Below are positions 18,410 through 27,625 of a stretch of DNA of 64,000 nt, piece after piece. The translations under genes were made by a program, and so were the position numbers. Below the pieces are notes generated by a model. The model did no database searches and had not been told where the DNA came from. It was given only the letters and a program-made list of their open reading frames with translations. Source of the DNA: Solirubrobacteraceae bacterium (GTDB lineage: Bacteria > Actinomycetota > Thermoleophilia > Solirubrobacterales > Solirubrobacteraceae); the NCBI GenBank assembly GCA_034664425.1, contig JAXDHR010000075.1, positions 3,362 to 67,361 of the forward strand, given 5' to 3'. Positions within the stretch are counted from its first letter, which is position 1. The number at the start of each line of letters is the position of its first letter.

Positions 18410-19428
18410 GCGCGCGAGCCCGCGTCGGCCGTTCGCCGCGGCGATCCGGGGCGCGGTCCGCGACGTGCGAGCGCGCTGGGGTCGCGGCTCATCACGAACG
18501 GCATCGCCGTGACGGTGGCGAGGAGGATCACGAGTCCGAGCACCTGCACCGCGCCGAGGTGGATGCCGAAGGCGATCGCGTTGAGGACCAGCGCGGTCGC
18601 CGGGAACGACAGCTCGGCGAGCGTGGCCGTCGAGGCCGTCGTGCGCTCGAGGCCGCGGTAGTAGAGCAGCAGCGCGATCAGTCCCGGGATCAGCGCAAGT
18701 GCGATCAGCCACGGCGCGTCGCCGGCGCCCGCCGCGAAGAACGGCCCGTTGCCACCGCGGGTGAGGAGCAGCAGCGCCGCGATCGGCAGGCCGGTGGCGA
18801 AGCGCACGGCGGTCAGCTCGTTCGGGCTCAGCTTGTCGCCGAGGAACTTGCCCAGGACGGTCCCGAGCGCCCACAGCACGGCCGCGGCGATCGCCAGCAG
18901 CGGCGCGGTCGCGTTCGACGGCGCGACCTTCCCGGGATCATCCAGCACCAGCAGGTAGGAGCCCAGCAGCGCCGCCGCGAGGAACCAGAAGTAGCGCGGC
19001 CGCACGCGCTCGCGCAGCACGACGTACGCAAAGCAGACCGCGAACACCGGCTGCAGCTTCTGCAGCAGCAGCGGCGTGGTCAGGTCCCCCCCGTCGGCGA
19101 TGGCCGACGTCAGCGCCTTCGTGAAGAGGATCGTCGCGCCCACCGAGGCACCGCCGCCAACCACGATCACCGCAAGCCAGTCGATGAGGCGCAGCCGCCG
19201 CAGCGCAGGGCCTGCGCGCAGCAGGATCGGCAGCACGGCGAGCGTGAGCACGACGTGCTCCCAGAAGACGATCTCGGTCGCCGAGATGCTCGTGGCGAGG
19301 TGCCGGCGGAAGAAGACGTCGGTCGCCCACAGGGACGCGGCGACGGCGACGATCGCGGTGCCGATGGCGGTGCTGGAACCGAGCCCCCCGCGAGCGGTCG
19401 AGGCGGGGGGCGACTGGGGAGCGGTCAC
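18406..19428 (-). CDS. EamA/DMT family transporter
   Basis: About 10 TM with two EamA-like halves. The track start at 19485 would run into the tRNA, so I use the in-frame GTG at 19428. Confidence 0.8.
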   Translation of the reverse strand: MTAPQSPPASTARGGLGSSTAIGTAIVAVAASLWATDVFFRRHLATSISATEIVFWEHVVLTLAVLPILLRAGPALRRLRLIDWLAVIVVGGGASVGATILFTKALTSAIADGGDLTTPLLLQKLQPVFAVCFAYVVLRERVRPRYFWFLAAALLGSYLLVLDDPGKVAPSNATAPLLAIAAAVLWALGTVLGKFLGDKLSPNELTAVRFATGLPIAALLLLTRGGNGPFFAAGAGDAPWLIALALIPGLIALLLYYRGLERTTASTATLAELSFPATALVLNAIAFGIHLGAVQVLGLVILLATVTAMPFVMSRDPSALARRGPRPGSPRRTADAGSRA

Positions 19429-19459
19429 CGCTCCAAGTGTCGCAGGCGGCGTGCGAAAG

Positions 19460-19531
19460 CTGCCGGGCAGGGACTCGAACCCCAACTACCAGAGCCAGAA
19501 TCTGGCGTGCTGCCAATTACACCACCCGGCA
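19460..19531 (-). tRNA. tRNA-Gln (anticodon CUG)
   Basis: The minus strand reads UGCCGGG-UG-GUGU-AAUUGGCA-GCAC-G-CCAGA-UUCUGGC-UCUGG-UAGU-UGGGG-UUCGAGU-CCCUG-CCCGGCA-G, a 72-nt cloverleaf. It has the U1:A72 pair and G73 discriminator typical of bacterial tRNA-Gln. CCA is not encoded. Confidence 0.9.
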
Positions 19532-19544
19532 AGGGCGGTCGCCC

Positions 19545-19550
19545 AGTATA
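19545..19550 (-). promoter_or_regulatory. -10-like TATACT upstream of tRNA-Gln
   Basis: The minus strand reads cctccTATACTgggcgaccgcccU(+1 of tRNA). The hexamer ends 13 nt before the mature 5' end, implying a short leader processed by RNase P. Confidence 0.4.
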
Positions 19551-19744
19551 GGAGGCCGCAACGGCGCGCCGCGGCGTGCCGGCCGATCCGCAGAATCTTT
19601 GGGTGATGTTCCTGCCCCGCGTCCTTGGCGCATGAATTGACGCGCCGTTGTACACAGAGGCTCATAAGCCGCTAGATTGCACCAATGGTGCCGAGCGGCC
19701 TGTAGGGAGCGGGAAGTCGGCGCCACGAGGCGAAAGGAACGGGC

Positions 19745-20503
19745 ATGGCTGACGGCGGGAACGGATCGGTTCATCTCCTGGAAGCGGACCCCGATCTGGC
19801 GCGCGGCCTTGACCCGCGGCGCGTGCGGGAGATGTCGCAGCGGCTGATCACGCGCGCGCTGGACATCCCCCGCGGGCCGTGGACCCCGCAGCGGCTGCTC
19901 TCCGGCGGCTCACAGCCGATCGGACTGCTCATGCTCGACGGCCTGCTCGTTCGCGAGGCGACGGTCGGCGACCACCCGTCCGCGGAGCTGCTCGGCCCCG
20001 GCGACGTGCTGCGCGCCTGGGAGGACGCCGACGACGACGTGCTGCTTGCGCGCCGCATCGATTGGAACGCGCTCACGCACACGCGCGTCGCCGTCATCGA
20101 CCACGCGCTCGCAGTGCGCGCGGCCCAATGGCCGGAGATCTTCGCCACCTTCGTCGAGCGCGCCGCGCGACGCGCCGAGCGGCTGGTCGTGATGCAGGCG
20201 ATCGGCCACCTCACCCGCGTCGACGACCGGCTGCTGGCGATGCTGTGGTGCCTCGCGGAGCGCTGGGGCCGCGTCGTTCCCGGCGGCGTGCTCGTCAACC
20301 TGCGCCTCCCCCACCGCACGCTGGCCGGCATGGTCGGGGCGCGGCGTCCGTCGGTGACGACGGCGCTCGGCCAGCTGATCGCGCGCGGGGAGCTCGAGCG
20401 CCGCGCCGACGGTGCCTGGGTCCTGCGCGGCGCTCCGCCCGAGCCGCAGCACGCGCCGGCGCCCGCCGCGGGCGGCCTCGGGCTGGACCGGATCAGCGTC
20501 TAG
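19745..20503 (+). CDS. Crp/Fnr family transcriptional regulator
   Basis: 252 aa. An N-terminal cNMP-binding-like barrel (GDVLRAWE..) is followed by the C-terminal HTH LPHRTLAGMVGARRPSVTTALGQLIARGEL. Confidence 0.8.
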   Translation: MADGGNGSVHLLEADPDLARGLDPRRVREMSQRLITRALDIPRGPWTPQRLLSGGSQPIGLLMLDGLLVREATVGDHPSAELLGPGDVLRAWEDADDDVLLARRIDWNALTHTRVAVIDHALAVRAAQWPEIFATFVERAARRAERLVVMQAIGHLTRVDDRLLAMLWCLAERWGRVVPGGVLVNLRLPHRTLAGMVGARRPSVTTALGQLIARGELERRADGAWVLRGAPPEPQHAPAPAAGGLGLDRISV

Positions 20504-20541
20504 CGCGGCGGTCGCGCGGCCGCGCGTCGCCCCGCCGGCGC

Positions 20542-21741
20542 CTAGAACTCGACCGGGAGGCTGGGGTCGGCGATCTGCCGCCGCGCGAGCTCGAGGTCGT
20601 CGCCGCGCCCGACGCTGAGGGCACCCGCCACGCGGCCGCCGTCGAGGTAGAAGATCGCGAACTCGCCGCGCTGCACCGATCCGCGCACGACCTCGCGGTC
20701 CCAGCGCGCGGCGGGACCGACGTACTCGAGCGATGCCCAGTCTGCGAGGTCAGACCAGAAGTACGGGACGTCGTCGTAGGGCTGCTCGGAGCCGAGGATG
20801 GCGCGCGCGACGGCGGCGCCCTGGCCCCGGGCGACCTCCCAGTGCTCGACCCGCAGCCTGCGGCCGTGGAGGACCGAGTCGTACTCGCAGATGTCGCCCG
20901 CCGCCCAGATGCCGGGCGCGGAGGTCTCCAGGCGCGCCGAGCAGCGCACCCCGCCCGTGTCCCCCAGCTGGAGCCCCGCGCTGCGCGCGAGCATCACGTC
21001 CGGCATCACGCCGGTCCCCATCACGACGGTCTGGGCGGGAATCGAGCGGCCGGACGCGGTGCGCACCGAGTCGACGTGCTCGTCGCCCTCGAAGGCCGCG
21101 AGCGCGTCCCCGCCGGCCCACTCGACCCCGCGGCTCGTGAGGACGTCGCGGAAGTACGCTCCGGCCGTGTCGCCGAAGCCGCGCGAGAGCGGAAGCTGCT
21201 CCTCGGCGACCATCGTCACCGAGCGGCCGCGTGCGGTCAGCGTGGCGGCGACCTCGCAGGCGATGTAGGAGCCGCCGACGACCACGATGCGCTCGGCGTC
21301 GTCCGCGCCGGCGCGGATCGTATCCGCGTTGCCGAGCGCGCGCACGTAGTGGATGCCCTCGAGCTGGCCACCGTCGACGCGCAGGCGACGGACGTTTGCA
21401 CCCGTGGCCAGCACGGCGTGCTCGAAGGCGACGACGGTCTTGTCGGAGAGGGTCGCTGCGCGCGCCTGCGTGTCGAGCGCCGTCACGCTCGTGCGGACCC
21501 GCAGATCGACGTCGTGCTCGGCCCACCACCCGGGTGGATGGAGGTAGGTCTCCTCGCGGGCCGCCTCCCCCGACAGGTACTGCTTCGTGACCGACGGGCG
21601 GTCGTAGGGAGGATCGACGTCGCGACCGGCGACGAGGATCGAGCCGCCGTAGCCGCCGTCGCGCAGCGTCTCGGCGCACGCACTGCCGGCGGCGCCGGCA
21701 CCAACGACGAGCACGCCGGTGCCGAGCTCGGTCTCAGGCAT
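20542..21741 (-). CDS. FAD-dependent pyridine nucleotide-disulfide oxidoreductase (ferredoxin-reductase-like)
   Basis: 399 aa. Two dinucleotide folds (VVGAGAAGSACA; VVVGGSYIACEVAATL) and TSAPGIWAAGDI. Confidence 0.9.
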   Translation of the reverse strand: MPETELGTGVLVVGAGAAGSACAETLRDGGYGGSILVAGRDVDPPYDRPSVTKQYLSGEAAREETYLHPPGWWAEHDVDLRVRTSVTALDTQARAATLSDKTVVAFEHAVLATGANVRRLRVDGGQLEGIHYVRALGNADTIRAGADDAERIVVVGGSYIACEVAATLTARGRSVTMVAEEQLPLSRGFGDTAGAYFRDVLTSRGVEWAGGDALAAFEGDEHVDSVRTASGRSIPAQTVVMGTGVMPDVMLARSAGLQLGDTGGVRCSARLETSAPGIWAAGDICEYDSVLHGRRLRVEHWEVARGQGAAVARAILGSEQPYDDVPYFWSDLADWASLEYVGPAARWDREVVRGSVQRGEFAIFYLDGGRVAGALSVGRGDDLELARRQIADPSLPVEF

Positions 21742-22417
21742 GCGCCTCTTTGCCGACGAAGCGGCGCGTGATGTCCTCCTCCAGCCCCGGATCGAGCACC
21801 ACGAGCACCTCGTCGCCGGCCTCGACGACCGTGTCCGCCTTCGGCACGAAGCCCGATCCCTCGCGCAGCACGGAGATCACCAGCGCGCCCTCGGGCAAAC
21901 CCATGTCCGCGACCCGCGAGCCGGCCGCCGGCGCGTCCTCGCCGACCACGAGCTCGATGATCTCGAGGCGCTCCTCGGGGAGGTCGAGCAGGTGCACGAG
22001 GCCGTAGCGCGGAACCTCGTGCTCGATCAGCCGCAGGATCAGGTCGGTGGCGGAGACCGCGGGCTGGATCCCGAGCAGCTTGAAGTGCTCGAGGTTGCGG
22101 GGGTTGTTGACCCGGGCGATGATCCGCTCGCACAGGTACTTCTCCTTGGCGACCTGGCAGATCAGCAGGTTGTCCTCGTCGTCGCCGGTGACCGCGACGA
22201 CGAGATCGGCACGCTGGATGCCGGCGCGCTCGAGCACCCAGAGCTCGGTCGCATCGCCGTACTGGACCGCGTGCTCGAGCTCCTGCTCGACGGTCAGGTA
22301 GCGGCGGCGGTCCTGCTCGACGACCGTGACCTCGTCGCCCTTCTCGATCAGCTCGCGCGCGAGGTTCCAGCCGACCTTGCCGGCGCCCGCGATGATCACG
22401 TACATGCCGCCGGACAT
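21734..22417 (-). CDS. trkA: TrkA/RCK family K+ transport regulatory protein (RCK_N + RCK_C)
   Basis: 227 aa. IIAGAGKVGWNLARELIEKGDEVTVVE Rossmann motif and a C-terminal TrkA_C-like region (LVISVLREGSGFVPKADTVVEAGDEVLVV). ATGA overlap with the upstream gene. Confidence 0.9.
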   Translation of the reverse strand: MSGGMYVIIAGAGKVGWNLARELIEKGDEVTVVEQDRRRYLTVEQELEHAVQYGDATELWVLERAGIQRADLVVAVTGDDEDNLLICQVAKEKYLCERIIARVNNPRNLEHFKLLGIQPAVSATDLILRLIEHEVPRYGLVHLLDLPEERLEIIELVVGEDAPAAGSRVADMGLPEGALVISVLREGSGFVPKADTVVEAGDEVLVVLDPGLEEDITRRFVGKEAHA

Positions 22418-22854
22418 CAGGCGGCCTCGTCGGGCTCGGTCAGCGCGGCGCGCTCGAGCTGCTCGATGGCGATCTGCGTCGGGCAGATCGTGTGCACGCC
22501 CTGCTCCCGGTACCAGGCGGCGCGGCGGGGGTCGAGCACGCGCGCGATCACCCGCGGCACGTCGAAGCGGCGCCGGGCGATCTGGGCCACCACGAGATTC
22601 GTGTTGTCGCCGTTGGTGGAGGCGATGAAGACGTCGGCGTCCTCGATCCCGGCCTCCTCGAGCGCGTCCAGCTCGAGCGCGGTGCCGATGGTGAAGCGAC
22701 CGCCCGCCTCCTCCCAGGAGCGGCCGAGCTCCACATCGAGGCGCTCATGGGAGAGCGGGTCCTCGTCCAGGACCGACACGGTGTGGCCGGCCCGGAGGGC
22801 CGAAGTGGCGACTGAGGACCCAACCCGTCCTGCGCCGATCACGAGCACGAACAC
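22417..22854 (-). CDS. TrkA/RCK_N-only protein (145 aa)
   Basis: In-frame GTG at 22854 (VFVLVIGAGRVGSSVATSALRAGHTVSVLDED...). It ends after the Rossmann domain and has no RCK_C. Confidence 0.75.
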   Translation of the reverse strand: MFVLVIGAGRVGSSVATSALRAGHTVSVLDEDPLSHERLDVELGRSWEEAGGRFTIGTALELDALEEAGIEDADVFIASTNGDNTNLVVAQIARRRFDVPRVIARVLDPRRAAWYREQGVHTICPTQIAIEQLERAALTEPDEAA

Positions 22855-22865
22855 GGGCCCGGATG

Positions 22866-24938
22866 CTATCGGGATGAGTGGCCGTCGGCCGTTGCGTCGA
22901 CGGTGACCGTCGCCGGGTGACCGAGCGAGACGGGCGCACGCTCGTCGGCCACCGTCGCCGGGTCCTGGATCGCGCCGTGGTGGGCGGGCGGGGCCGTGAG
23001 GATGACTCGGCACGGTGCCTTCTGCACCACATAGCGCGTCGTCTCCCCCACGAAGGTGTCGCGCAGGCCTTGCTTGCCGCCGTAGCGCAGGCCGCCGCGG
23101 AGTCGGGTCGGCTCCTCGGCGGCGAGCACGATCGCCTCCACCCCGCGGCGCTTGGCCTCGTGCACGATCGCCTCGCCCGCGCGCCGCGCGCGCACCACCG
23201 CGGTGGCGACCTCGACGCCTTCGTACTCCTCGCCGACCGCCTTCGCGCGCGCGAGCGCACTGCGCGCACGCTTGAGCTCCTTGTCGGGGACGCGCGAGTC
23301 CAGCGGCAGCGCCATCGGGACCTCGAAGACCCAGATCGCCTCGATCACCGCGCCGCCCTCGCCGAGATCCGCGTCCTCATCCGCGGCGAGCCGGCCGGCG
23401 GTCTGCACGATGTCGTCGTCGATCTCCTCGCCGACGATCGGCACGAGGATCGAGCCGTACTCCACGTCCGGGCGCTCGCGCGTGAGGGTCCGCTCCGGCA
23501 CGGTGACGCGCTTGGTCAGCGACTTGCCCTCCGAGATCCGGTAGATGGCGTAGACGGCGATCCCGAACGCCATCCAGCCGAGCCCCACCCAGCGTCCGCC
23601 GCCGTGGTAGGCGAGCACCGCGAGTAGCGCGAGGGCGCACAGCACCGCGCCGGCCGCTGCGGGGAGCGGCAGCTCGAAGCCCCGGACGCGCACGTTGAGC
23701 GGCACCTTGTACGGCCGATCGCGGCCCGGCTCCTTCCAGCGCAGCCGGCAGACGGCGAGGCAGACGAGGGTGAAGGCGAGGGTGGTGCCGAACGCCGAGA
23801 TGCCCAGCAGCAGCTTCATGTTCGCCGGCATCAGCAGGATCGTCGCCAGCAGCGAGCCGATCACGATCACTGCGACCGGCGTGCCGTAGCGCGGGTGCAG
23901 GTAGCCGACCAGCGACGGGATCTGGCGGTTGAGCGCCAGCGAGTAGCCGAGCCGCGACAATCCCAGCATCGCCGCCTGGCAGGCGGCGACCAGGATCGCG
24001 ATCGCCGAGACGGCGACGAGGTAGCGCAGGCCGTCGTGCAGCCACGGCTGCGAGAAGTCGGCGACCACGCCGAGCATCGGCGCCTCGATCCAGGCCGCCG
24101 GACCGCCCTCCGACGCCCGCTCGACCGGCAGCGTCGAGGACGCGACGAGCGCGATCCCGACGTAGGGGATCAACGTCGCGATCAGCCGCACCGCCACCAG
24201 CCGCTTGAGCCCCTTGCGCCCGACGGCCACCTGGCCGGAGAGGCCCGAGGAGGCGTCGATCCCGCTGAACGCGACGAGCACGAGCGGGATCGCCCACACC
24301 AGGTCGCCGAGCGACGTGCTCCTTCCGGTCACCGCGGTGGGATCGGTGAGCACCTGCGGCTCGAAGAGCAGCGCCATGCCGAGCGCCACGAGCACGATCT
24401 GCAGGACGAGGTCGACGAGCACGATCACGACGGCGCGGTCGTAGCGGCGAGCCGTCATGCCGCGGACGTTGTTGACCGTCACGTAGGCGACGACCGCGAA
24501 GCCGACCAGGAACTCCGGCACGCCGTGCGCGAGCGGCGCCCAGAAGATCGCCGCGTAGTCGGAGACCGCGAAGGCCGTCAGCGCGATCAGGATCAGGTAG
24601 TCCAGGCAGATCGCCCAGCCGGCGATGAAGCTCCACAGCTCGTTGAAGGCGTAGCGCGCGATCACCGTCGCGCCGCCGCGCTCCTGGTGCAGGGAGGCGC
24701 CCTCGACGTAGGAGACCATCACCAGCGTGAAGAGGGCGAAGCCGACGAGGAAGACGACCCAGGTCAGGCCCAGCGCCCGCTGGGCGACGACGCCGACCCC
24801 GAAGTACAGCGAGGCGGAGACGAAGCCCTGGACGATCCCGAACAGCGCGGGCGAACCGAGGCCGCGGCGGAGCCCCTCCGGGGTGTTGACGCGGGCGTTG
24901 CGCAGGCGCTGAACGCCGGGGGACGCGGTCCGCGGCAT
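22866..24938 (-). CDS. APC-superfamily permease fused to a C-terminal universal stress protein (Usp) domain
   Basis: 690 aa. About 12 TM with an APC-like N-terminus (LGSPALFGIVQGFVSASLYFGVG). The C-terminal ~190 aa are UspA-like (ILVPIVGEE...GEAIVHEAKRRGVEAIVL...VVQKAPCRVIL). Confidence 0.85.
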   Translation of the reverse strand: MPRTASPGVQRLRNARVNTPEGLRRGLGSPALFGIVQGFVSASLYFGVGVVAQRALGLTWVVFLVGFALFTLVMVSYVEGASLHQERGGATVIARYAFNELWSFIAGWAICLDYLILIALTAFAVSDYAAIFWAPLAHGVPEFLVGFAVVAYVTVNNVRGMTARRYDRAVVIVLVDLVLQIVLVALGMALLFEPQVLTDPTAVTGRSTSLGDLVWAIPLVLVAFSGIDASSGLSGQVAVGRKGLKRLVAVRLIATLIPYVGIALVASSTLPVERASEGGPAAWIEAPMLGVVADFSQPWLHDGLRYLVAVSAIAILVAACQAAMLGLSRLGYSLALNRQIPSLVGYLHPRYGTPVAVIVIGSLLATILLMPANMKLLLGISAFGTTLAFTLVCLAVCRLRWKEPGRDRPYKVPLNVRVRGFELPLPAAAGAVLCALALLAVLAYHGGGRWVGLGWMAFGIAVYAIYRISEGKSLTKRVTVPERTLTRERPDVEYGSILVPIVGEEIDDDIVQTAGRLAADEDADLGEGGAVIEAIWVFEVPMALPLDSRVPDKELKRARSALARAKAVGEEYEGVEVATAVVRARRAGEAIVHEAKRRGVEAIVLAAEEPTRLRGGLRYGGKQGLRDTFVGETTRYVVQKAPCRVILTAPPAHHGAIQDPATVADERAPVSLGHPATVTVDATADGHSSR

Positions 24939-25108
24939 CAGCGGCGGCGCTCCAGAAGCAGGCGCAGCGTTCCCGCGGCGATGAAGAGCACGCCCATGAG
25001 AAGCCCGAAGGCGAGCGGTCCGCCGCCCGCCACGAGCGTGCGCACGATGATCGCCACCCCGAGCAGCACCAGCAGGCCGGAGAGCAGCTTCGGGGCGAGG
25101 CCGGTCAC
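24938..25108 (-). CDS. Small two-TM membrane protein (56 aa) between the two APC-Usp genes
   Basis: VTGLAPKLLSGLLVLLGVAIIVRTLVAGGGPLAFGLLMGVLFIAAGTLRLLLERRR. The GTG overlaps the upstream TGA (GTGA), and its own TGA overlaps the next ATG. Confidence 0.4.
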   Translation of the reverse strand: MTGLAPKLLSGLLVLLGVAIIVRTLVAGGGPLAFGLLMGVLFIAAGTLRLLLERRR

Positions 25109-27027
25109 GCGACCGTCGCCCGCTCGAGCGCGCGCCGGCGCTGCTCGTTGGCGCTGGTGTCCGGTGTCGACTCGATGACGACGCGGCACGGACGCTCGGC
25201 GAGCACCGTCTCGAGCGTCTTGCCGAACAGCGAGGCGCCGTCGATCCGGCGCGGGAGCGGCATCACGATCGCCGCGGCGCGCATGTCGCTCGCCTCCTCG
25301 ACGATCCGCCGTCCCGCCTGGCCCGCCCGGATGCGCTCGACGTGGCCCGAGACGCGCCGGCCGCCCTGGACCTTGGCCTGCTCGATCAGCGAGTGTGCGG
25401 CGGCCTCGGCCTCCTCCATCCGCGCGTCGATCGCCAGCGCGTTCGGGACGGTCACGAGCGAGAGCACGTGGATGCCCCGTCGGCGGCGGACGGCGAGCTT
25501 GGCCGCGGTGGCCATCACCGTCTCGTCGTAGTTGCCGTCCGACAGCGGGACGAGCACCGAGTCGTACTCCGCCTCGTGGTCGACCACCGGCTGCGGGATC
25601 GCGACCTTGTGGGTCGACGTGAGGTCGAGCCCGTGGTGACGGCGGAAGAGCACGTAGATGATCGAGCCGACCACGAGCCACCCGAGGCCGACGGCCGAGA
25701 CGGCGGGATGCAGGACGACGATCACCACGAACGCGATCGCCGTGAAGGTCCCGCCCGCGACCGCGAACAGCGGCACGTCGACGCCGCGGACCCGCAGGTT
25801 CCCGGGCCCACGGTAGAAGCGCTCGACGTCCGGCAGCTTGTAGCGCAGGCGGATCACCGACGCGTGCGCCATCGTGAACGAGAGCAGCGCGCCGAACGAG
25901 TAGATGTTGCCGAGGAAGTTCGCCTGGCCGGGCAGGCAGACGAGCACCGCGAAGCCCGAGAACACGATGATCCCGATCCACGGCGTGCGGTAATGCGGAT
26001 GCAGCCGCCGCAGCCCGTCGGGCAGCTGCCGGTGGATGCCCATCGAGTAGACCAGCCGCGAGACGCCGATGATCCCGGCGTTGGTGGCCAAGAAGAGGAT
26101 CGTGGCGGCGAGCAGACCGACGTAGATCTCCGCCGGCTGCTGGAGGAAGCCGAGGTCGATCTGCTTGACGACGCCGAGGATCGGGTCGCCGGCGTAGCCG
26201 CCGTGCTCCTCGGTCAGGCCCAGCTTCGTCTGGTAGCCGCCGCCGGCGACGCGCTCGACGGGCAGCGCCGAGAGGGCGACGCTCGGCAGCGTGAAGTAGA
26301 TCGCGAACACGGCGATCTGGACGCGGTTGATCGCCGCGGGGATCGTCTTGGACTCGTTCTTGGCCTCCTCGCTCATGTTCGAGACCGTCTCGATGCCCGT
26401 GTAGGCGAGCATGCCGATCGGGATCGAGAGCACGAAGTCCTTCCAGCTCGGCGCGATGCCCAGGTGGACGTTGTCGGCCAGCGTGTGCGGCGAGAGCACG
26501 AGCACCGCGCCGACGATCACCAGCAGCACCTGCGTGAGGAAGTCGACGACCGCGAGCAGCACGTTGACGCCGGTCGACTCCTTGGCACCGAAGACGTTGA
26601 TCGCCCCGAGCACCGAGATCACCACGACGCCGCCGATGATGTCGCCCGGCGCGTGGCGCAGCGCCTCCCAGAACAGCCCGCCGACGTAGTGGGGCACGAA
26701 GAAGGCCGAGATCGCGATCGTCGCGACGTAGGTCAGCATCCCCGACCAGGCGGCGAAGAACGACCAGAACTCGTTGAACGCGCGGCGTGCGAAGCTCGAC
26801 GCTCCGCCGGCCTCCGGGTACATGGTCGTCGCCTCCGCGTAGGAGGCGGCCGTGCAGAAGAAGAAGAACCCCGTGATGACGAAGACGATCGGGGTCAGGC
26901 CGAGCGCATAGGAGGCGACGAGCCCCAGCGCGTAGTAGATCGAGGATCCGACGTTCCCGTATGCGGTCGCGAAGAGGGCGTTGACCCCCAGGACCCGTTC
27001 GAGGCCCTCCAGTCGGCGTCGTGCCAT
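25105..27027 (-). CDS. APC-superfamily permease fused to a C-terminal Usp domain (paralog)
   Basis: 640 aa. The APC N-terminus is LGVNALFATAYGNVGSSIYYALG, with about 12 TM. Usp-like C-terminus (VLVPLSDGNYDE...AGRRIVEEASDMRAAAIVM...AERPCRVVI). Confidence 0.85.
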   Translation of the reverse strand: MARRRLEGLERVLGVNALFATAYGNVGSSIYYALGLVASYALGLTPIVFVITGFFFFCTAASYAEATTMYPEAGGASSFARRAFNEFWSFFAAWSGMLTYVATIAISAFFVPHYVGGLFWEALRHAPGDIIGGVVVISVLGAINVFGAKESTGVNVLLAVVDFLTQVLLVIVGAVLVLSPHTLADNVHLGIAPSWKDFVLSIPIGMLAYTGIETVSNMSEEAKNESKTIPAAINRVQIAVFAIYFTLPSVALSALPVERVAGGGYQTKLGLTEEHGGYAGDPILGVVKQIDLGFLQQPAEIYVGLLAATILFLATNAGIIGVSRLVYSMGIHRQLPDGLRRLHPHYRTPWIGIIVFSGFAVLVCLPGQANFLGNIYSFGALLSFTMAHASVIRLRYKLPDVERFYRGPGNLRVRGVDVPLFAVAGGTFTAIAFVVIVVLHPAVSAVGLGWLVVGSIIYVLFRRHHGLDLTSTHKVAIPQPVVDHEAEYDSVLVPLSDGNYDETVMATAAKLAVRRRRGIHVLSLVTVPNALAIDARMEEAEAAAHSLIEQAKVQGGRRVSGHVERIRAGQAGRRIVEEASDMRAAAIVMPLPRRIDGASLFGKTLETVLAERPCRVVIESTPDTSANEQRRRALERATVA

Positions 27028-27036
27028 GTGCAGCGG

Positions 27037-27046
27037 ATTCTAGGAT
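27037..27046. promoter_or_regulatory. Overlapping divergent -10-like hexamers (TAGAAT on minus, TAGGAT on plus)
   Basis: Sequence attcTAggat. The minus-strand TAGAAT lies 9 nt before the ATG at 27027. The plus-strand TAGGAT lies 8 nt before the GTG at 27055. The whole intergenic gap is 27 nt. Confidence 0.4.
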
Positions 27047-27054
27047 CTACCTCC

Positions 27055-27624
27055 GTGGATCTCGCTCGCACCGCGTTGGTGGTCGTCGACGTGCAGCAGG
27101 GCTTCGACGAGCTCGAGTACTGGTCGCCCACCGGGCGGCGCGACAACCCGGCCTGTGAAGCGAACGTGGAGGCGCTGATCGCGGGCTGGCGGGACGCCGC
27201 CCGGCCGCTGGTCTACGTCCGCCACGACTCCGGCGAGGACGGCTCGCCGCTCGTGCCGGGGACGCCCGGCAACGCGTTCCGGCCGTTCGTGACGGGTTCG
27301 CCGGACCTGCTGGTCGCCAAGCAGGTCAACTCGGCCTTCTACGGCTCGCCGGATCTCCACGCGTGGCTGCGCGGGGAGGGCATCTCGTCGATCGCGGTGT
27401 GCGGCGTGACGACCAACCACTGCTGCGAGACGACCGCCCGGATGGCCGGCAACCTCGGCTACGACGTGCTGTTCGTGCTGGACGCGACGCATACGTTCGA
27501 CCGCCGCGGGCCGGACGGCACGGTCGTGCCGGCCGCGGACCTGGCGCGCGCGACGGCGGCGAGCCTGCACGACGAGTTCGCCACGGTGGTCTCGACGGCC
27601 GATCTGCTCGCGCCGGCCAGCTGA
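27055..27624 (+). CDS. Isochorismatase-family cysteine hydrolase
   Basis: 3' end of shadow ORF 25342..27624. VDLARTALVVVDVQQGF..., KQVNSAFYGSPDLHAWLR and the catalytic Cys context IAVCGVTTNHCCETT are present. The GTG at 27055 is preferred over the GTG at 27028. Confidence 0.85.
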   Translation: MDLARTALVVVDVQQGFDELEYWSPTGRRDNPACEANVEALIAGWRDAARPLVYVRHDSGEDGSPLVPGTPGNAFRPFVTGSPDLLVAKQVNSAFYGSPDLHAWLRGEGISSIAVCGVTTNHCCETTARMAGNLGYDVLFVLDATHTFDRRGPDGTVVPAADLARATAASLHDEFATVVSTADLLAPAS

Positions 27625-27625
27625 C

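Noticed and set aside
19430-19745. tRNA-Gln as an integration hotspot or genomic-island border.
   Set aside because: There is no integrase, no direct repeat of the tRNA 3' end and no compositional shift on either side. The neighbours are ordinary EamA and Crp-like genes.
27028-27054. GTG at 27028 as the isochorismatase start (the first in-frame start after the shadow region).
   Set aside because: It would abut the divergent ATG at 27027 with zero intergenic bases. The GTG at 27055 lies 8 nt after a TAGGAT hexamer and gives the usual short N-terminus before the ALVVVDVQ motif.
27140-27160. Rex operator-like half-site TGTGAAGCGAACG, and other TTCAC/TGTGAA occurrences across the window.
   Set aside because: None forms the TGTGAA-N6-TTCACA inverted repeat. 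All lie inside coding sequence rather than promoter regions.
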